The notes below the pieces were generated by a model. The model did no database searches. It saw only the letters and a list, made by a program, of their open reading frames with translations, and was not told the DNA's origin. Source: Nemertoderma westbladi (taxonomy: Eukaryota; Animalia; Xenacoelomorpha). Taken from it: a DNA stretch of 61,008 bases. Location of the stretch: positions 1-61,008 of the forward strand of contig JAUCBJ010000465.1 in the NCBI GenBank assembly GCA_032718475.1, given 5' to 3'. This document shows, piece after piece, positions 1 through 14,000 of the stretch (the stretch's first letter is position 1; every line of letters starts with the position of its first letter). Made by a program: the position numbers and the translations under genes.

Positions 1-821
1 ATTCGTGAGATTAGTTAATGAGTATGATTATCAAGTTAAATTAGTTCGTTAAGTTAGGTAACAGTTTATACTTTCGATAATTCAAGCAGTTTACGGTACA
101 GCAGTATCTATCCAAAAAATGCCGGTGTTTCTGGCTTAGACAGCAATAACAACAAAGTATCAAGAAAAAACAGTAAGACTGAACACTCTCCTTATGATCG
201 GCAGGAAAGCTACACGTCGACAGGAAAAACCGCCCTGATTGGCCCAAGCCAAACAAAGAACCACGCGTCCAATGGCTGTTTCCATGTCAGCAACCAGCTG
301 CTAGATGTCGTAATATGAATCATCACGGCTAAGCTGTGAAAGGTGGTTGGTGCATTACAAGTTTTTTGTCTTACCATGTCCGCTAAAACACGTATATAGC
401 AGAATGATTTTTATGTCCGTTAAAACACCTGTAAAGGTACCTTGCGGGCGAGGGGAATATATATACAGTTAGGAAACCCTTTTTAGAGTATTCCAGCGCC
501 TGGGGGGGAACTGGCCAGCAAAGGCAAACGTATCAGTTATCCCACAAAAGCTTTTACAGAAGTAATTACACATATATTATGCCGTTACCGGTCTGTTTAT
601 TCAGTTGTCAGTTTCAGTGCAGACCGGCATTATAGTTTTACCGTCATTGCGGTGCTGCCATATACCGATTTATTATTCCCGTACTCTGTTATCCAATTTG
701 CTATCATCACTTTTATATTATACTCAGTTGAACATCAAACTCTAACTTTTCCGTATCCACCCATCAGCCTGCTGTGACGCGTAAGAACTTAACCCGGTCG
801 GGATCCCTTGATCCCGTCACA
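1..821 (+). mobile_element. Probable LTR (3' part; 5' end not located, probably upstream of the window), related to the solo LTR at 32490-33055
   Basis: Ends CGGGATCCCTTGATCCCGTCACA at 821, closely resembling the end CGGGATCCTCTCGGATCCCGTCACA of the TSD-flanked solo LTR at 33055; the preceding ~100 bp are also similar. No 5' TG end or TSD found. Confidence 0.5.
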
Positions 822-1573
822 AGAATAAAGACTTATTAATCTTTAAAATATCATATAATGGTATTTAAAGTGCTAGAAAATTGGTAATCAAATTGTAAAT
901 TAGATTATTGCTGGAAATCCAATGCAGTTTTCCTTCGTGGGTTGATATATAAATATGAGTTATATTTTAGTTTTATCTATACGTTTTAACTCAGATATGT
1001 TGGAAAATATCTGAGTTATGGGAATTGGAAGTTTCATGAACTTGCTTCCGCTGCAGGCCATTTATTCTATTTAATAAATGCACAATATTCTGGAACAATT
1101 TGTTTATCTCTTACGTACAGTAGTTACAATGTGGGAAGGCTGTTTGGTAACACAGCTTGTGGTGAAGGCGTCTATATTCAATACTTTATGTATATATAGT
1201 ACGCTTTGGGTAGAAGTGTTGTCGCGCGTTCTTTATCCAGTTTTTGCCGATACAAAGGCTGGTCCAGCTGCTGTTCATGGCAATAAAGATCGCTTGTCTA
1301 TTGGCGCAGAATGTCCTGTATTGGCGAGGAATATCCTGTATTCTGTGAGAACTCCGGGAATAAATACGCTGGGATATTTAGTAACGAGGTTCCGGTTAAG
1401 GAATTTCACCGAGAAATCGTTGATACAAAATCGATGCAGCGGATGGGTGGACTAACATTAAAAAAATATTCCACTAAGGGGCGTAATATTGAACTAGAGA
1501 GGTGGCATTTACATACCGGTACCTGGATAAATTTACTTTGGCATTATGTTGGCATTATTTTAGTAGTGGCCTG

Positions 1574-1614
1574 CCAATCCTATTGGATGTGGCACAAAGC
1601 TGTATGTATATAAA
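1574..1614 (+). promoter_or_regulatory. Candidate Pol II core promoter of the MS4A-like gene
   Basis: CCAAT (1574-1578), ATTGG (1582-1586) and TATATAAA (1607-1614) lie upstream of a candidate non-coding exon ending AAG|GTGAGT at 1790; intron 1791-1929 ends TTTTAG just before the ATG-containing exon. Confidence 0.45.
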
Positions 1615-1957
1615 GCTCGCAATTCTATTGGATAAGCAAGCGTCACGGTTCTGGCCCTGATTATATTACAGACTATAACTTATAGTGGTGTTATACCATC
1701 AACATCAATTCTGATTTTAATTAATTTTTATTAATTAATTCTTGAAAATAAAAAACTCTTATATTGTTTTAATATAATATTGATAATAAGGTGAGTGTGT
1801 AATAGTCTAGTGTAGGTCTATAATAACTTATACTTCATACTTAATGATGATCGTGTCTAGGGCATACTTTCTATGTTTTTATATTTCGTTATTGGATCGT
1901 CTTATTTAGCTGCGTTTATTTTGTTTTAGAATCGAATCGAAAGAAGATCCATAAAAC

Positions 1958-2050
1958 ATGACTACTGTAAACAGCGCCGAGCCGCCCGGATACAGTCGAT
2001 GGTGCAGCATGCAAGGAAAAAAGTCCCAGTTCAAATACAAAGCCGTGCTG
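1958..2050 (+). CDS. MS4A-like coding exon 1 (MTTVNSAEPPGYSRWCSMQGKKSQFKYKAVL)
   Basis: ATG at 1958, donor CTG|GTGAGT, phase 0. Confidence 0.75.
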
Positions 2051-5000
2051 GTGAGTTTCAAGGAAAAAGTCCCAGTTCAAATACAAAGCAGTGCTGGTGA
2101 GTTTCAAGGGAAAAAGTCCCAGTTCAAATACAAAGCCATGCTGGTGAGTTTCAAGGAAAAAAGTCCCAATTCAAATACAAAGCCATGCTGGTGAGTTTTA
2201 CGGGAAAAAGTCCCAGTTCAAATACAAAATACAAAGCCATGCTGGTGAGTTTCAAGGAAAAAAGTCCCAATTCAAATACAAAGCCATGCTGGTGATTTTT
2301 ATGGGAAAAAGTCCCAGTTCAAATACAAAATACAAAGCAGTGCTGGTGAGTTTCAAGGAAAAAAGTCCCAGTTCAAATACAAAGCCGTGCTGGTGAGTTT
2401 CAAGGAAAAAGTCCCAGTTCAAATACAAAGCAGTGCTGGTGAGTTTCAAGGAAAAAAGTCCCAGTTCAAATACAAAGCCGGGCTAGTGAGTTTCAATGAA
2501 AAAAGTCCCAGTTCCAATACAAAGCCGTGCTGGTGAGTTTCAAGGGAAAAAGTCCCAGTTCAAATACAAAGCCATGCTGGTGAGTTTCAAGGAAAAAAGT
2601 CCCAATTCAAATACAAAGCCATGCTGGTGAGTTTTACGGGAAAAAGTCCCAGTTCAAATACAAAATACAAAGCCATGCTGGTGAGTTTCAAGGAAAAAAG
2701 TCCCAATTCAAATACAAAGCCATGCTGGTGATTTTTATGGGAAAAAGTCCCAGTTCAAATACAAAATACAAAGCAGTGCTGGTGAGTTTCAAGGAAAAAA
2801 GTCCCAGTTCAAATACAAAGCCGGGCTAGTGAGTTTCAAAGAAAAAAGTCCCAGTTCAAATACAAAACCGTGCTGGTGAGTTTCAATAAAAAAAGTCCCA
2901 ATTCAAATACAAAGCCATGCTGGTGAGTTTTACGGGAAAAAGTCCCAGTTCAAATACAAAATACAAAGCCGTGCTGGAGAGTTTCAAGGAAAAGAGTCCC
3001 AGGTCAAATACAAAGCCGTGCTGGTGAGTTTCAAGAAAAAGAGTCCCAGTTCAAAAACAAAGCCGTGCTGGTGAGTTTCAAGAAAAAAGTCCCAGTTCAA
3101 ATACAAAGCCGTGCTGGTGAGTTTCAAGGAAAAGAGTCCCAGTTCAAATACAAAGCCGTGCTGGTGAGTTTCAAGGAAAAAAGTCCCAGTTCAAATACAA
3201 AGCCGTGCTGGTGAGTTTCAAGGAAAAAGTCCCAGTTCAAATACAAAGCCATGCTGGTGAGTTTCAAGGCAAAAAGTCCCAGTTCAAATACAAAGCCGTG
3301 CTGGTGAGTTTCAAGGAAAAAAGTCCCAGTTCAAATACAAAGCCGTGCTGGTGAGTTTCAAGGCAAAAAGTCCCAGTTCAAATACAAAGCCGTGCTGGTG
3401 AGTTTCAAGGAAAAAAAGTCCCAGTTCAAATACAAAGCCGTGCTGGTGAGTTTCCGTGGATAAACTAAATGCAGAATAATTCTACTAATGGAATTATGGA
3501 GTATAGATTAATTATGCAACCTTGGTGGGATAAATATTTCTCCATTTGACGCAACACCGCCGCGGCCGCTATGAGGGAGGTGAATACCGCGGCCGCTCCT
3601 AAAGCCGCAGGCCATCGCTAACTATATAGGTTAACTTGGGATTCTGGGGGACTTTTCGATGAAGGAACAGACCAAATTTTTTTATTTTCTCACCAGGGGA
3701 GCGGCTCGGAATTCTAAGATATTAGCGACTCTAACATTATTAAATCTAACCCTTCGACGGACACGGCGGACAAAAATCCGTCATTTTTTCGACAATTTTA
3801 AAATTTTTTTGAAAGGCGCTCTACAGTGGCTCGAAAAAACCCTAGGTTATTGCTTAGCCGACGCCGGGATACGATAGAAGGGATTAATTAGTGAATTCGT
3901 TTTTTTTTTCAAAAAAGATTACCACGCCTTTTTTCCGAAAATGTCCGTCAAAGTTGAAAAAACGGACAAAATGACTTTGCGGGATCCGCTATAACTCGGC
4001 TAATATTAATCGTACGGGGACGAAAGTAACGCGGTTGGAAAGGGGAAGAGTGGTACTACCTTCGTATCGAATGGGGGTAAGATATTTATTAAAATTTCGG
4101 GTGGAAAAAGGGGCTGTAAATTTGTACGTTTTTGTCCGTCTTTTTTGGAAAACTTATTTCCGAAATGTTTAATTCGACAACGCGGGTAGGAATCCACTAA
4201 TTCTTTTATGAAACTCGTAGAAGACCATTGGGGCTACGTTCCTATCGAATGGGGGTACAAAAAATATGTCGGCAATAGGGGCCAAAAAGGGCCAGAATTT
4301 GTAAAGTAGTTTTTATCGAATAATTTTTTATTTTTAACTTTAGTTGGTTAAGGTACATTCTATACAGTCAATATCCATACGGGGAATTCAAATATCCTAT
4401 CGGTTTTGCTCCAAGGATGATATTAAAAAAATGAGGGCCAAAATTATAATTTCGCGCTTCAAACTTGCTTCGCGGGAAATCGTCTAGCTCGAAAACTACT
4501 TAACTTACGGGAGATTTGTTTACACTGACTTATAGTGCGTTAAATTATCTATCTAACAGCGTTAATCACAGCGCCGGAGGTATTATAAAACTGGAGCGGC
4601 AGGCGATCGTGTGAAATATAATATTTATAAAAAGGGACGAAAAATTTTTTTTTTAACAAATCGCTATTCCATTATAATTTAGCGTATTGCGCCAAAAGTA
4701 CCTGTAAAAAGTTTCAAATTAACTCCGCTATCTTTTATCTTAACATATATAATTAAAATTACGAATTTTAAGGGTCGAAAAATATCGCGTTATTTTGGCC
4801 CTTTTTTTAATTTTTTTGGGGTCAAAAATAACCCCTTCTCAAAAGATTAAGAAAAAAATTACGGCAAAGAATATACCAATATTATTGAATTTGGACCACC
4901 AGAACCGAAGTTAGAGCGATTTTAGTGAAAAAATAAAAATAATTTTTTTTGCAAAAAAATTAAGAATGGTCAGGTCAATATTGGATTTCGAACCCGCGAA

Positions 5001-8000
5001 CTTAGGTTTCATTAACGTGATTGATAACCACTAGACTATGTGACCAAGAGAATTTGAAATTTTCGAGTGACTATTTTAAACATAAATAACTTCGGTTCTA
5101 CTGGGCCGTTTGATCTGAAACTTTTTTCATTATATAGAGGATAGATTGTAGTGTGTGAAATAGGATAAAACTTGGGAAAAGACTTATGTGCACTTAGTGC
5201 AAAATGCACTTAAATAGTGAACATTTTTTCGATATTTCAAACACTGTTATTTCCAGTTCTATTCATCGTAGAATGTTATTTTTTGGATTAAAATGTAGTT
5301 TGGAATGATTTCTAACTATAATCGTAACATTTGTTTAACTTTTTATGTCTATAAAGTGACTTAAAAATGTCCATGAATATGGTCCAAAATCGCAAATCCA
5401 GATTTATTAAATTGGATTTTTGACACTTTTAGCGACTGACACTTGATCATACACCATCGTAGATCGGTAGAGGATAAACATAAGTTTGTTAAATAAGAGC
5501 CACCATTACGATCTGCTAAAGTGCATTTGTACAAATAAGTGTGCAAAAGTGCAAATTTTTTAATAAGGTCAAATTATATAGTATTGGGTTCTTTTCTTTG
5601 CAGATACTTTATTTTCATATTAATATGTTGTTTGAACCTTACTGAGCGCATTAGGGGATATGCGTACAAATAACCGGCCCTTATGAGGCTTCGATTGGGT
5701 AAATTAATAAAACATAAGGTTGTATAGTATAATATTCAAAAACCAGTGTGATATTAAATGCACTTTAAAAATAAATAGAAATCAAATAACAATTGGACCA
5801 CACAATTAAAAACTCGCACAATTTTGTACTTATTATATCGCTTCAAATTAATTCAACAGTGGATATTTGTGGGAAGGGGGAAGTTTGGTGAACTGCATTT
5901 ATGCAGTGAATCCAAACTTCCCCCTTTGATATATCATATACTTAAGACATGCTAGGGTGATGGGGAAATATTTGTTACTGTCACACTTTGCTTCCATTTA
6001 TCCTATCCTTTATTATTACCCCAGTCAGATAAGAGATAATAAATCAGTAAAAACTAAACTAAACTGTCTTTCATGCAAACAAATTTCTAACTAAAGACGG
6101 GTGAATGACCATGACCATGGAAATAATTTTAAATATAATTGTATATCAACTATTTGGGGAGGCTTCCAAGTTAAACCCGAAAACAATTATTTTGTTACAA
6201 ATATAGTAAATAACGTTGTATGTTCTTCTTCCTCTCATTATAAAATATAAATGAAATATCTCAGATAGCTATGCCCAGTAACATTTCACAACCAAAATAT
6301 TTAAGTGTGAAAAGTGTAGGCCTACCACACTCCGCCCAAACAACCGCAAACGCATAGCCAACAAATTTAACAAAAGGTTACATACATGTTGGGTTCATGA
6401 CGAGATGAGTGAAAATTGATCGCGTAATATAAAGTAAAAAATTAAGAGACGGGCTGGCTCTCCTCCACTTTCTTACCCAATGGATATGTTGTTGTAATAA
6501 TCTAATATTGGGGCGCCTTTCTCTCGGTTTGTTGGTTAAAGAATATATAAAAGATGAGAAAGGCCCTAACAAATTAAATAAACTGAAGAAGATCCTCAGT
6601 ATTCTAGTCAGCATTACTTTAACATAAATTATTCCAAGTTGCTGTATGGCCACCGAGCTGCATTGTCCACCAGTAAAAACGACCGTCACCCGCTGAAGCA
6701 ACGTCACAGATATACTGACACTGGTACCGGTGCCGGTACAGCCCAGTATCGACGAGCAGATGATGCTGCTGAAACAACATCACAGAATGATGTACTGACA
6801 CTATGGTACCGGTGCCGGTACTGCAGTACTGCGCAGTATCGACAGGCAGATGATGCTGCTGAAACAACATCACAGAATGATGTACTGACACTATGGTACC
6901 GGTGCCGGTACTGCAGTACTGCGCAGTATCGACAAGCAGATGATGCTGCTGAAACAACATCACCGAATGATGTACTGACACTATGGTACCGGTGCCGCTA
7001 CTGCGCAGTATCGACAAGCAGATGATGCTGCTGAAACAACATCACAGAATGATGTACTGACACTATGGTACCGGAACCGGTATAGCAGTACTGCGCAGTA
7101 TCGACAAGCAGATGATGCTGCTGAAACAACATCACAGAATGATGTACTGACACTATGGTACCGGTGCCGCTACTGCGCAGTATCGACAGGCAGATGATTC
7201 CGCTTTCTGAGATGAACAAAACAAAACCGCAGGCCACGCACTTAAATTACATTCGCCACACTCGAAGATTCCAAGGACGAAGGCTCAGAGACTTAACGAC
7301 CTGTCAGCTTCCATGGCTACCATGGATGTGTGACACTGCATTATTTGTGGTGGTGATACATCATCATGGAATTGTGTGGATGTCGATCCATTTAGCCTAC
7401 ATGTTGTTGTCTCGTTAATGTATGTAGTACCTTCTATTAGAGCACGTATTAGTAAACATCTCGCTTTCTATTGTGTAGCAAACCTTGTCGGTTGCCAGAA
7501 TTTACGATAATAAATGTATGGGTTTTAGGTCTTCCAATTCAATGTCTGGTATAATTGACAATCACTGACATATAAGTCGCCTCTGACATTTAATCGCGCG
7601 CTCCATTGTATCATATATTTTATAGCCACACGTCCCATCCTCTAATCAGGCCTTCTATTAATGTATTGTTTAATGCCATGGTTAAGCATATGTGCTCAGA
7701 TAATTTTCCCACTACTGTGCCTGTGTTGAGGAATGTGATTGAACTTGGCAATAACTGTATGTAAATCTTTGGATGGGCTGACATTTAAACATTATTTTAT
7801 TCCTATTTGTTGGGTTGTAGGTACTGCAATTATAAACTATAGCAATATGGTAATGGTACTGTACTCTGCATAATTATAATATACTGTAAATTATTCAGTT
7901 TCGTACTTCCAGATTATTGTCCATTTAATCAAGTTGGTCGTTTATTCAACAATAACAGTTTGGCAATGAAGAGAATGTTTCAGAATGACCTTTGCAATAT

Positions 8001-11000
8001 TAATACAAAGTTTATTAACTCAAATAAATACATTAAATATATGTCATAGTAGGAAAGATGTCATGTTATATAATTTTTTGTATATTTTTTTTAGGTTCTC
8101 AGTTTGATCCAGCTTGGGATTTCAGGACTCCTTGTGTGCGCTGGAGGTCACGCGATGGCTATGATGGGAGCCGTTGGTGGTGGAGTCGTGGTTGGCGGTG
8201 TACTGGTGAGTTGGTGGTGGAATCGTGGTTGGCGGTATACTGGTGAGTTGGTGGTGTACTGGTGAGTTGGCGGTGTACTGGTGAGTTTGCGGTGTACAGG
8301 TGAGTTGGCGGTGTACTGGTGAGTTGGCGGTGTACTGGTGAGTTGGTGGTGTACTGGTGAGTTGGTGGTGGAATCGTGGTTGGTGGTATACTGGTGAGTT
8401 GGTGGTGTACTGGTGAGTTGGTGGTGTACTGGTGAGTTGGCGGTGTACAGGTGAGTTGGCGGTGTACTGGTGAGTTGGCGGTGTACTGGTGAGTTGGCGG
8501 TGGAACCATGGTTAGAGGGGTACTGGTGATTTGGTGGTAGAAGCATGGCTGGCGGTGTACGGGTGAGTTGGTGGTGTACTGGTGAGTTGGCGGTGTACTG
8601 GTGAGTTGGTAGTGTAAGTACTGGTAGATTGGTGGTGGAATTATGGTTGGCGGTGTATACTGGTGAGGTTACTTAAATATGTTTTTGGACTGAAGCAATT
8701 CGTGTAAAAATATTTAACTCGCCACGAAAGGGGATCGAATTCGTGTCTGCCACTTAGAATGCAAATCTCCTACCCACTACTGTACCCACTGCTACCTCCT
8801 ACCCACTACTGTACCCACTGCTACCTCCTACCCACTACTGTACCCACTGCTACCTCCTACCCACTACTGTACCCACTGCTACCTCCTACCCACTACTGTA
8901 CCCACTGCTACCTCCTACCCACTACTGTACCCACTGCTACCTCCTACCCACTACTGTACCCACTGCTACCTCCTACCCACTACTGTACCCACTGCTACCT
9001 CCTACCCACTACAGTACCCACTGCTACCTCCTACCCACTACTGTACCCACTGCTACCTCCTACCCACTACTGTACCCACTGCTACCTCCTACCCACTACT
9101 GTACCCACTGCTACCTCCTACCCACTACTGTACCCACTGCTACCTCCTACCCACTACAGTACCCACTGCTACCTCCTACCCACTACTGTACCCACTGCTA
9201 CCTCCTACCCACTACTGTACCCACTGCTACCTCCTACCCACTACAGTACACCACGGTACACCAATTACTAGGGAAGCCAACTTGCGGTAATTGTCGATAA
9301 ACATTTCGATACTTTTTTTATTATTTACTCTTCTGTGTTTTGAATAATTTATAAATTTGTTTTCCAGTTCATGATAACTGCTGTGATCGGTATTATAGCT
9401 TCGCAAAGGAAGTCTACTGGCATGGTGAGTGTAAATTATAAAGTTGACCATACTGGCCATATTACTGTATATAATTTTATACATTATATTAGGCCCTAAC
9501 CTACAAGTAACTAACCTACAACACATTAAACAAAATCTGGACAATTTAGACTTGATTCACCTATTACCCTGCTGCATTAAGTATCCCTGCCCATGACTAT
9601 AACACTATCAAAATGAACAATCAAGATTATTATTAATAATTGGATGCGATTATATTTCAGGTTGTTAGTCTTTTGGTGATGTGTATTATTAGCTTCCTTG
9701 TCTGTATTGTGCTCGTATGCATTGGTGCTGCAAAGTCGGGGTAAGTTGATATTTAATAAAAATTTTCTATTCTGTCATCTATTCTTTTAATTTATATTTT
9801 AACATCAGTTAATTGTCATCATCAGGTAATTTATGATACTTATAAGAGAGTTAACGAAGGGATTAAACTGTGACAAGTATAAGCCTACAATGCACACATC
9901 TCCAACCAGACACTATATAACATTGGAGGTGTCAATGTAAATAAATTGTGCTTGCCAATTTTGGATGGATTGCATGGTGTAGGCATAGTATTTTTGTTAA
10001 GCCGGCATAGCATCTCAATGTGCAGTTTCAAAGCAGCAGGCCGATTACGATTAATGCACAGATATGCGTTCTTACAATCATTTTCAGTAATAGTTTTATG
10101 ATAACAAAATGTTCTGCATCTACTTCTTCCCGATTTGCTGAGGAACATAAATGAAAAAAAAGTAAAGTAAAGTTTCCTTCGTCCATTTGGCCGTGGATTA
10201 TTCCCAGTGTGGCCCGCCCAGAACTATACGAAACTGGTACTCATTCACCTACCATTTAAGGCTGCAGGGTGTGGTCCCTGGCTCTGTTTAAACTTTAAAA
10301 CATTAAAGCCGAACGAAAACTACCTTTATCCCCTTGTGGGGATTGAACAGACGTCCTCCGGAGAGATGTGAATACAAGGCAACATATCTAACCAAACCAC
10401 TACACCAAGGTGGGACATTAGAGTAGTAGACCTTGCCTGATATAAAAACAAACCATTATCCTACTTGCAGGGTGTAGTTTTTGTGAGTTCTAGTATTGTT
10501 CCTAAAATAAACTCAATATCAAGTTGCCCTCTGTTGCATTAGTCTACTCCACAGTTGAAGACACCACTGATGAATATGTTTTTGGTTGAGTCGAATTTGT
10601 TAGATCTTTTACCACTAATATGATACCTTTAAGTATTAACTATAAGAGGTATACTAGGTAACACCTTGGTGTAGTGGTTGCATTGAATTCACATCTCCCG
10701 TAGGTCGTGGGTTCGATCCTCACATGGACCAGGGCAGTTTTCGTTTCGGCACGAATGCTTTAAAGGTACCAGCCAGGGCGCATCTCTGCCTTGCATCCTT
10801 AAGTTGTAGCTAAATTAGTACTGGAGGTTCCTCTGGGGAGTAAAGTTCTTGGGGGATCGCACTGGAAATAAGTCGTCAGACTTTGTGCGTAAACACTGGC
10901 CTAACGCCGAAGAAAATTTACTTTTACTTTTTACTTTTATAAGAGGAAACTTTGGATTTTAATTGGCCCAGAAGACATCAAGGGTTACACCTATAACACC

Positions 11001-14000
11001 ATTCTAACAGAAATGGGTACTTACTTTTAGACCTAATGGAAGAATGTGAATTGATACCAACAAACAACACATTCGAAAAGAGTAAGGGGAAGCTATGGAC
11101 CTTCCAATACCCTAATGGAACCAAAGCACAACTGGATTACATCCTTATAAACAAAAAGTGGAGAAACAGCATGATCAACTGCGAGGCATACAGCTCGTTC
11201 AACCTAATTGGTTCGGACCACATAATTGTGACTGCAGAGATCAGACTCAGTTTGAGAGCCAGCAAATCCAGGACAAGCAAGCAAATCAACTATGACTGGG
11301 AGAAACTCAGAACTGACAATGCAGTTGAGGATGCTTACACAGTAGAAGATCAAAACCGCTTTAAAACACTTCAGTCAATGGATGAAGACCAGTCCACCGA
11401 TTCAATATACCAGAATATAATAACAGCCCACAAGGAATCAGCTCCTGTATGTAAGAGGCATATCCCCCAGAAACCCAAACGAAAACAGTATGTGCCATGG
11501 CAAAACTCTGAGGTTACTTGTAAGAGAGAAGATCTTATGATAGCCTACAAAGTAAAAACCGAACAACCAACAACCGAAAACATTAACAAGGTTGAGAAAG
11601 CTAAGGACGATCTTAAATTGGCCTACAACATCAGCCAGGAAAAGTACATACAGGATAAAACTGAAGCAATTACAACTGCTCACATAAAGCAACAATCAAG
11701 AGTTACCTGGCAAACTGTAAATGAGGTATATGGTCGGAAAAGTTGTGCAAAGGGGCGCCTCAAAGCCGATAGTCCTGAAGAACGTGTTGGGAAGTGGAAA
11801 AATCAAATCAGCAACTTGTTTGGGCAGCCACCAAACATCGCGGTCAGCCCTACAAGGAAAATATATGACAAGACACTACCTATAGAAACAGGGGACTTCA
11901 CACCTGCCGAACTCCAAAGAAGCATTAAAAGCATGTCCAATAATAAAGCGAGTGGATTAGATGAAATCTCCGCGGAGGTATGGAAAACAGGAGTGCTAAA
12001 CAGACCATTATTGAATGTTTGCAACCGGATGTTAAAAGGGGAGAAGCCACCACCAATTTGGACTAAAGGTCAACTAAAGCCTCTCCCCAAGAAAGGAGAC
12101 CTCGGTGTACCAACAAACTATCGTGGGATCTGTCTGCTTGTGGTAGCTGCCAAAATATACAATAAAATGATTCTATATAGGATTAGACCTCACATAGAGA
12201 AACTACTGCGTAAGAGCCAAAACGGATTTCGACCAAATATATCAACAATAGCTCAGATACTTGCACTACAGAGACTGACTGAAGGAATTAAGTCAAAGAA
12301 TCTCCCCGCAGTTATGACTTTTGTGGACTTCAAGAAGGCATTCGACTCCATTCATAGAGGTATAATGCTTGAAATCCTAAGAGCTTATGGAATACCAGAA
12401 GTAATTGTTGCTGGCATTGGATTGTTATATTGTGACACAGAAGCACAGGTACTCTCACCAGATGGTGAAACTGAGTTTTTCTCAAACCTGGTTGGCATAC
12501 TGTAAGGTGACACATTAGCACCATTACTATTTGTAATTGTACTGGATTACCCAATGAGGACGGCCACAAGGGGTGAAGATCTGGGATTCACACTTCAAGA
12601 ACGCAGAAGAAGTAGATATCCGGCAACTACAGTCACAGATACCGACTTTGCGGATGACATCGCCCTGCTTTCTAATACGCTAGCAGATGCACAGCTTCTA
12701 CTAAATAAAGTGGAGAGAGCTGCAAAGGAGGTTGGATTGCATATAAATGCTACCAAGACCAAATTCATGACTTTTAATGTTGATGGCAACTTGACAACCA
12801 TTGATAATAATCAACTAAGGAAGGTTGATGACTTCCAGTACCTAGGATTATGGATAGAGAGTAGCAAAAAGGACATATAAGTTAGGAAAGCAAAGGCTTG
12901 GTTAGCTTTATTAAAAATGGATACCATCTGGAAATCAGATCTCTCCAGGCACCTGAAGACTAAGTTCTTTCGAGCAACAATGGAAAGTGTATTTTTATAT
13001 GGGGTGAGACCTGGACACTGACTAAATCACTTGAACAACGAATTGATGGTTGCTACACAAGACTACTAAGGGCAGCCCTAAACATCAGCTGGAGACAACA
13101 CATGACAAACGCCGAGCTTTATGGTACAATACCACCTGTATCAACCACCCTCCGTGAATGCAGATTAACCCTATTACCACTGGGGGGGGGGGGCCGAATC
13201 GGCCCCTTCCTAGTTTTTAGTTGCTGTAACTATGCAACCACATTACGTACCGGCCCAATTTTTTTGTGAGAATTAGCCAAATTTAATGCCGCATCTTTTG
13301 CAAAAAACGCCGTTGCAATTGGATTTCTACTTTTCCATTTGGGTGCCACCTCAAAATTTGGTCTCCAGCACCAAATTTTTTGAAATTTTCGAATTTTACA
13401 AAGTCATTCGTGATTTAGTAATTATTTATGTTTGGGCTATTTTTATTTATTTTTATTGGTTTGGATCACTCTAATGCTCTATACAAGTATGTAAGTGTAG
13501 TGGTACGTCATTTTTGGAGCACCAAATTTAGGGCGTGGCACTTTAAAATTTCAAAATTACTTTATTCGGAAAATTTACTAAAGTTCTGATTTCGAAGCAT
13601 TTTTATTGGTTTTCTGGAGCGCTGAATCGATTAAAAGTAGTATAGAAGCCTGAAGACTTAGTGGTTCGCCATTTTTGGTGCACCAAAATTAGGGCGTGGC
13701 ACTTCAAATTTTGAAAAATACGAGATTCGGAAAATACACTAAAGTTTTGATTTGCAAAGCATTTTTATAGGTTTCCTGGAGCGCTGAATCGATTGAAAGT
13801 AATATAGAAGCCTGAAGACTTAGTGGTTCGCCATTTTTGGTGCACCAAAATTAGGGCGTGGCACTTCAAATTTTGAAAAATACGAGATTCGGAAAATTCA
13901 CTAAACACTAAAGTTTTGATTTCAAAAAATGGCTAACTTCTAAGTCTTCAGGCTTCTATATTACTTTCAATCGATTCAGCGGTCTGGAAAACCTATATAA

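Noticed and set aside
1078-1613. ORFs of 125 and 100 aa upstream of the MS4A-like gene
   Set aside because: No recognisable motif and no convincing splice structure.
6378-7197. Minus-strand acceptor-like TTGTTTCAG|CAG in the 90-bp array, and a hydrophobic ORF 6378..6707 vaguely like a GPCR TM7
   Set aside because: No partner exons or diagnostic motifs; too weak to count as a further splice-site array.
8148-9271. Pro/Thr/His-rich mucin-like ORFs
   Set aside because: Translations of the 19-bp and 29-bp minisatellites; unit lengths are not multiples of three.
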